DNA of 64,000 bases from a virus. Shown piece after piece: positions 61,399 through 64,000 of the stretch. The position numbers and the translations under genes are program-made. The notes below the pieces were generated by a model. It saw nothing but the letters and a program-made list of their open reading frames with translations. It did no database searches and was not told the origin of the DNA. The first letter of the stretch is position 1, and each line of letters opens with the position of its first letter. The stretch lies in IMG/VR virus record IMGVR_UViG_3300030004_000009, positions 64,001 to 128,000 of that record. One strand, 5' to 3'.

Positions 61399-61789
61399 AT
61401 TGTTTGTCCTAAAAGTGTGTTGTTACACCAAAAGAAAATGACTTTAGGCTTTTACGGTCCTTTGCTAGTAAGATGATCGGTCTGTTCACGTCGCCTGCCT
61501 TATTACTAAACCCATTACTATCCGCTGACTTATATAACTTATTATCCTTTGATGTAGTAGTGGATGCAATTACATTCCGAACTATCGGACGTTGCCACAT
61601 TATGACCAATCAAAAATTCTCTTCCTGTATTTCATATAGTCATATTCTATCATTACAATAGACGTATCGTTACCTACAGACTTCAAATACACCTAATAAT
61701 TAAGTAATATCGCTATTACAATGCAGCTTCGTTCTACTCTTTAAAAGGTGCATACTGTCAATGCTACTTCCTCTCAGAATCTAAACAAT
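61399..61789 (-). ncRNA. candidate large (~390 nt) structured ncRNA
   Basis: Gap with no credible CDS. Ends pair (ATTGTTT/AAACAAT). Internal hairpins include GTAATA-GCGA-TATTAC and TCCGA-TAGT-TCGGA. Confidence 0.5.
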
Positions 61790-61799
61790 ATCTTTTAAG

Positions 61800-62294
61800 T
61801 TACATTTCTATTTTAAACGGTAAGACTGTCACCTTAGGTTCAAAATAACAGACTTTAGGTTGTCCAGTTGGATCTATCATAACAACCCACGTACCTTCAG
61901 CAGATGCTGGCATAAATAACCCATTAGGTTCTGATTGAGGTATTGGTGTATAACTACTATTACCACTATAAATCAACTTTTCTGGATTGCTTCTTTGAGT
62001 AGAATAAGGAATAGGATAGCCAGTACATTTACCAATATAAATCAACTTACCTGTCATTTCTGCCTGTAAATAGCAGTAGTTAATTAAAGAAGGATTATCA
62101 CGTAAACTATAAATTAGATTAACTAACTTAAGCTCTGTAAACTTATCGATTGTTGGCATACCTGCTTGTGCTACACCTTGACTTTGAAGAGTCTCTTGTT
62201 TAGCTTGATCTATCTCGTCAGCTGTTGGTGGTGATGTTTCACAAGAAGTAATAAATAGCATTATAAATGCTGTAAATAGAATTAACTTTTTCAT
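61800..62294 (-). CDS. conserved phage lipoprotein
   Basis: ITSC lipobox; G.C.GY.IPY.TQ..NP...Q.EPNGLF...GTWV...Y.EP. Confidence 0.75.
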   Translation of the reverse strand: MKKLILFTAFIMLFITSCETSPPTADEIDQAKQETLQSQGVAQAGMPTIDKFTELKLVNLIYSLRDNPSLINYCYLQAEMTGKLIYIGKCTGYPIPYSTQRSNPEKLIYSGNSSYTPIPQSEPNGLFMPASAEGTWVVMIDPTGQPKVCYFEPKVTVLPFKIEM

Positions 62295-62295
62295 T

Positions 62296-62727
62296 TTATC
62301 CTGTTTGTTTTAATATGACTAACTTAGCTTTTTTACGTGAAGCGTCTCTAGGTTTAGCTTTAACCTGTCTTTCTCTGAATTTAGTGACCCCTTTATACAC
62401 GGCTTTAATTTGCTCATATGTGAGGTTACTTTTTATTGAATTCATTAATACTGTACAAGCTACTACATTATCGTCTGTATAGCCTTTTGAGCTGTCTACA
62501 CGATCAATTGATCGTTGAAGCATTGGTACGTTGTCCTGAAACTTAACTCCTCTATAGTAGCAAGTTTCTTGTTGCATCATTTGTTTTAAACGTTTAAATG
62601 ATAACCCAAATTCAAGATTATTAGCTTTACATTTTTCATATATTTGTCTAAGCTTCTGAGCAACACGTACGTCTATTGGAAGATTAATCTCACCACTGAG
62701 ATCATCTGTTTTAGTACTATATATCAT
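62296..62727 (-). CDS. His-Me finger/Srd-like protein
   Basis: F.LSF...CYY.G...SIDRVD..KGY..DNVVAC...N..K. Confidence 0.65.
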   Translation of the reverse strand: MIYSTKTDDLSGEINLPIDVRVAQKLRQIYEKCKANNLEFGLSFKRLKQMMQQETCYYRGVKFQDNVPMLQRSIDRVDSSKGYTDDNVVACTVLMNSIKSNLTYEQIKAVYKGVTKFRERQVKAKPRDASRKKAKLVILKQTG

Positions 62728-62880
62728 TTTGTATTTTAAGTCATTTTAGTGAATTTTAAACGATTATTTTTTATTAGTATGTCTTAATACTACTTTGGTA
62801 TTTTTATTGAACACGCGTTAGGAAAAGTACCTCTATTGCCAAATTTTAGGTCAACTTGCATTATGAATTTTCAAACTCTT

Positions 62881-62902
62881 AAATTTATTTTAAAATAAAT
62901 TT
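62881..62902. repeat. perfect 22-bp palindrome
   Basis: AAATTTATTTTAAAATAAATTT. Confidence 0.9.
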
Positions 62903-63140
62903 GGAAATCTCGATTATTTTTTGTAAGTTCATACGCGCGCATAATAAAGGAATCATTTATTTTAGAGTAATTCAACAGTCTACCTTTTAAGAAGTAAGTA
63001 TGAATTTAGAAAAATAGAAAGATAAAGTAAAAATAGAGTAAAGATACTTAAAAGTAAATAAAACCTCTTAAAAATAGGTGTGTAATTACGCGCGCGAGGC
63101 CCGTATCATGAGTTGTAAGTCTTATTGGCTTTTTTAGCTT

Positions 63141-63614
63141 CTAAAATTTATAATTTTCAAGTAAATCTCTTGTTACACTACTTGTTTTCTCTGGTAATTC
63201 GTTGAGATCAAACCAACCATACTCAACGTGTTCTCTATTAGGAAACTCCTTAGTAATCTTTACTTTAGAGATAGCTAAATAAACTTTCATTTGATAATGA
63301 TCATCTATCATAGTTATATGTGTGTCTTTAAACACATGGATTTTAGCTCCCAACTCCTCATGACACTCACGATAGACAGCTTCTTCATTTGATTCTGAGT
63401 AAGTTATAACTTCTCTATCATTCTCATTACCAACTATGAAGTAAGAATCACCTATTTCTCTCTTTCCTCCAGGTAAACACCATTCGTTAGGAAAGAGTGG
63501 ATGAGTATCATGCCTTTTAAGAAGTAAGACTGATTTTAGATAATGATAGCGTTGATCATTTAAGTTATATGTTGGTTCCTCTTGTATTATTACAATTACT
63601 GGTGCATCTTTCAT
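63141..63614 (-). CDS. Nudix hydrolase
   Basis: W.LPGGK.E.GD...(insert)...E..A.RE..EELG; EH..YGW. Confidence 0.85.
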   Translation of the reverse strand: MKDAPVIVIIQEEPTYNLNDQRYHYLKSVLLLKRHDTHPLFPNEWCLPGGKREIGDSYFIVGNENDREVITYSESNEEAVYRECHEELGAKIHVFKDTHITMIDDHYQMKVYLAISKVKITKEFPNREHVEYGWFDLNELPEKTSSVTRDLLENYKF

Positions 63615-63639
63615 TTTATTTTAAATTTAGTTGTAGTAC

Positions 63640-63987
63640 CTAAAACAATCCCTGTAAACTTTCTGAATGATTCATTTCTACACCTGTTGTAGCATTTACT
63701 GTGAACCATTTGCCATCATTACAATGAATCGATATTGGTGAATATGTGTCGTTTGATTTATCGTTAAGATAAAACATCTTATATTTAAGTGGTTTATCTT
63801 TCTCATAAGTTTTTATAAGGTTTAATATTGGCTCAAGACTATAAGAAGAAAGCATAGAAACAGAAGTAAATGTAAACTCTATAAATCTATGCTTTCTACC
63901 TAATAGAATATAATTACCAAAAGTGTTAGCAAGTGATGATATACTTGTATTATCATCAATTAGAATTGTGAGTTTAAGAGCTCTCAT
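63640..63987 (-). CDS. hypothetical protein
   Basis: 115 aa ORF. Confidence 0.45.
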   Translation of the reverse strand: MRALKLTILIDDNTSISSLANTFGNYILLGRKHRFIEFTFTSVSMLSSYSLEPILNLIKTYEKDKPLKYKMFYLNDKSNDTYSPISIHCNDGKWFTVNATTGVEMNHSESLQGLF

Positions 63988-64000
63988 TGTTATGTGTCAT

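Noticed and set aside
1497-61661. All plus-strand ORFs in the track and short nested minus-strand ORFs (e.g. 14965, 23151, 23409, 28208, 41156, 50405, 58475)
   Set aside because: They are shadows of well-supported genes, with no motifs and atypical composition.
61760-61785. Hammerhead ribozyme core in the large ncRNA candidate
   Set aside because: CTGAGAG does not match CUGANGA, and no matching GAAA/stem arrangement was found.
1-64000. Stop-codon reassignment (TAG=Gln or TGA=Trp) as in some crAss-like phages
   Set aside because: Long genes are intact in the standard code, TAG and TGA end genes at coupled junctions, and no suppressor tRNA is seen. The broken genes are explained by introns, an inserted endonuclease or a frameshift.

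Overview
This 64 kb window is an AT-rich, densely packed segment of a large tailed-phage genome. Almost every real gene lies on the minus strand and reads in the standard genetic code. The replication block (family-B polymerase, SF2 helicase, DnaB, Sak4-like ATPase, SSB-like protein, DnaG, resolvase, PD-(D/E)xK nuclease) and the neighbouring class II RNR, dUTPase, PhoH, ThyX and ATP-dependent ligase resemble crAss-like (Crassvirales) phages. Repeated TTTG-N20-TAnnTTTG promoters point to a Bacteroidota host. No capsid or tail genes are present. Mobile elements: three group I introns with resolvable splice sites (ligase, Sak4-like ATPase, DnaB), each encoding a homing endonuclease; a LAGLIDADG intein at the RNR catalytic cysteine; and a free-standing GIY-YIG gene that splits thyX with no intron. 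Accessory content: a PRS-like plus NAMPT-like pair (NARP1-type NAD reconstitution) next to a MazG-like gene and two tandem SemiSWEET/PQ-loop genes; a distant NMNAT-like gene; Pnk/Rnl RNA repair; a HisRS core without its anticodon domain; CYTH, TerD and Nudix genes; an orphan MazF-like gene; seven small acidic ORFs in a row; two tRNAs; and several candidate structured ncRNAs at 59-62 kb. Best candidates for new biology: the transporter-associated NAD module, the intron-less split thyX, and the ncRNA cluster. All calls come from motif reading by eye; no database searches were run.
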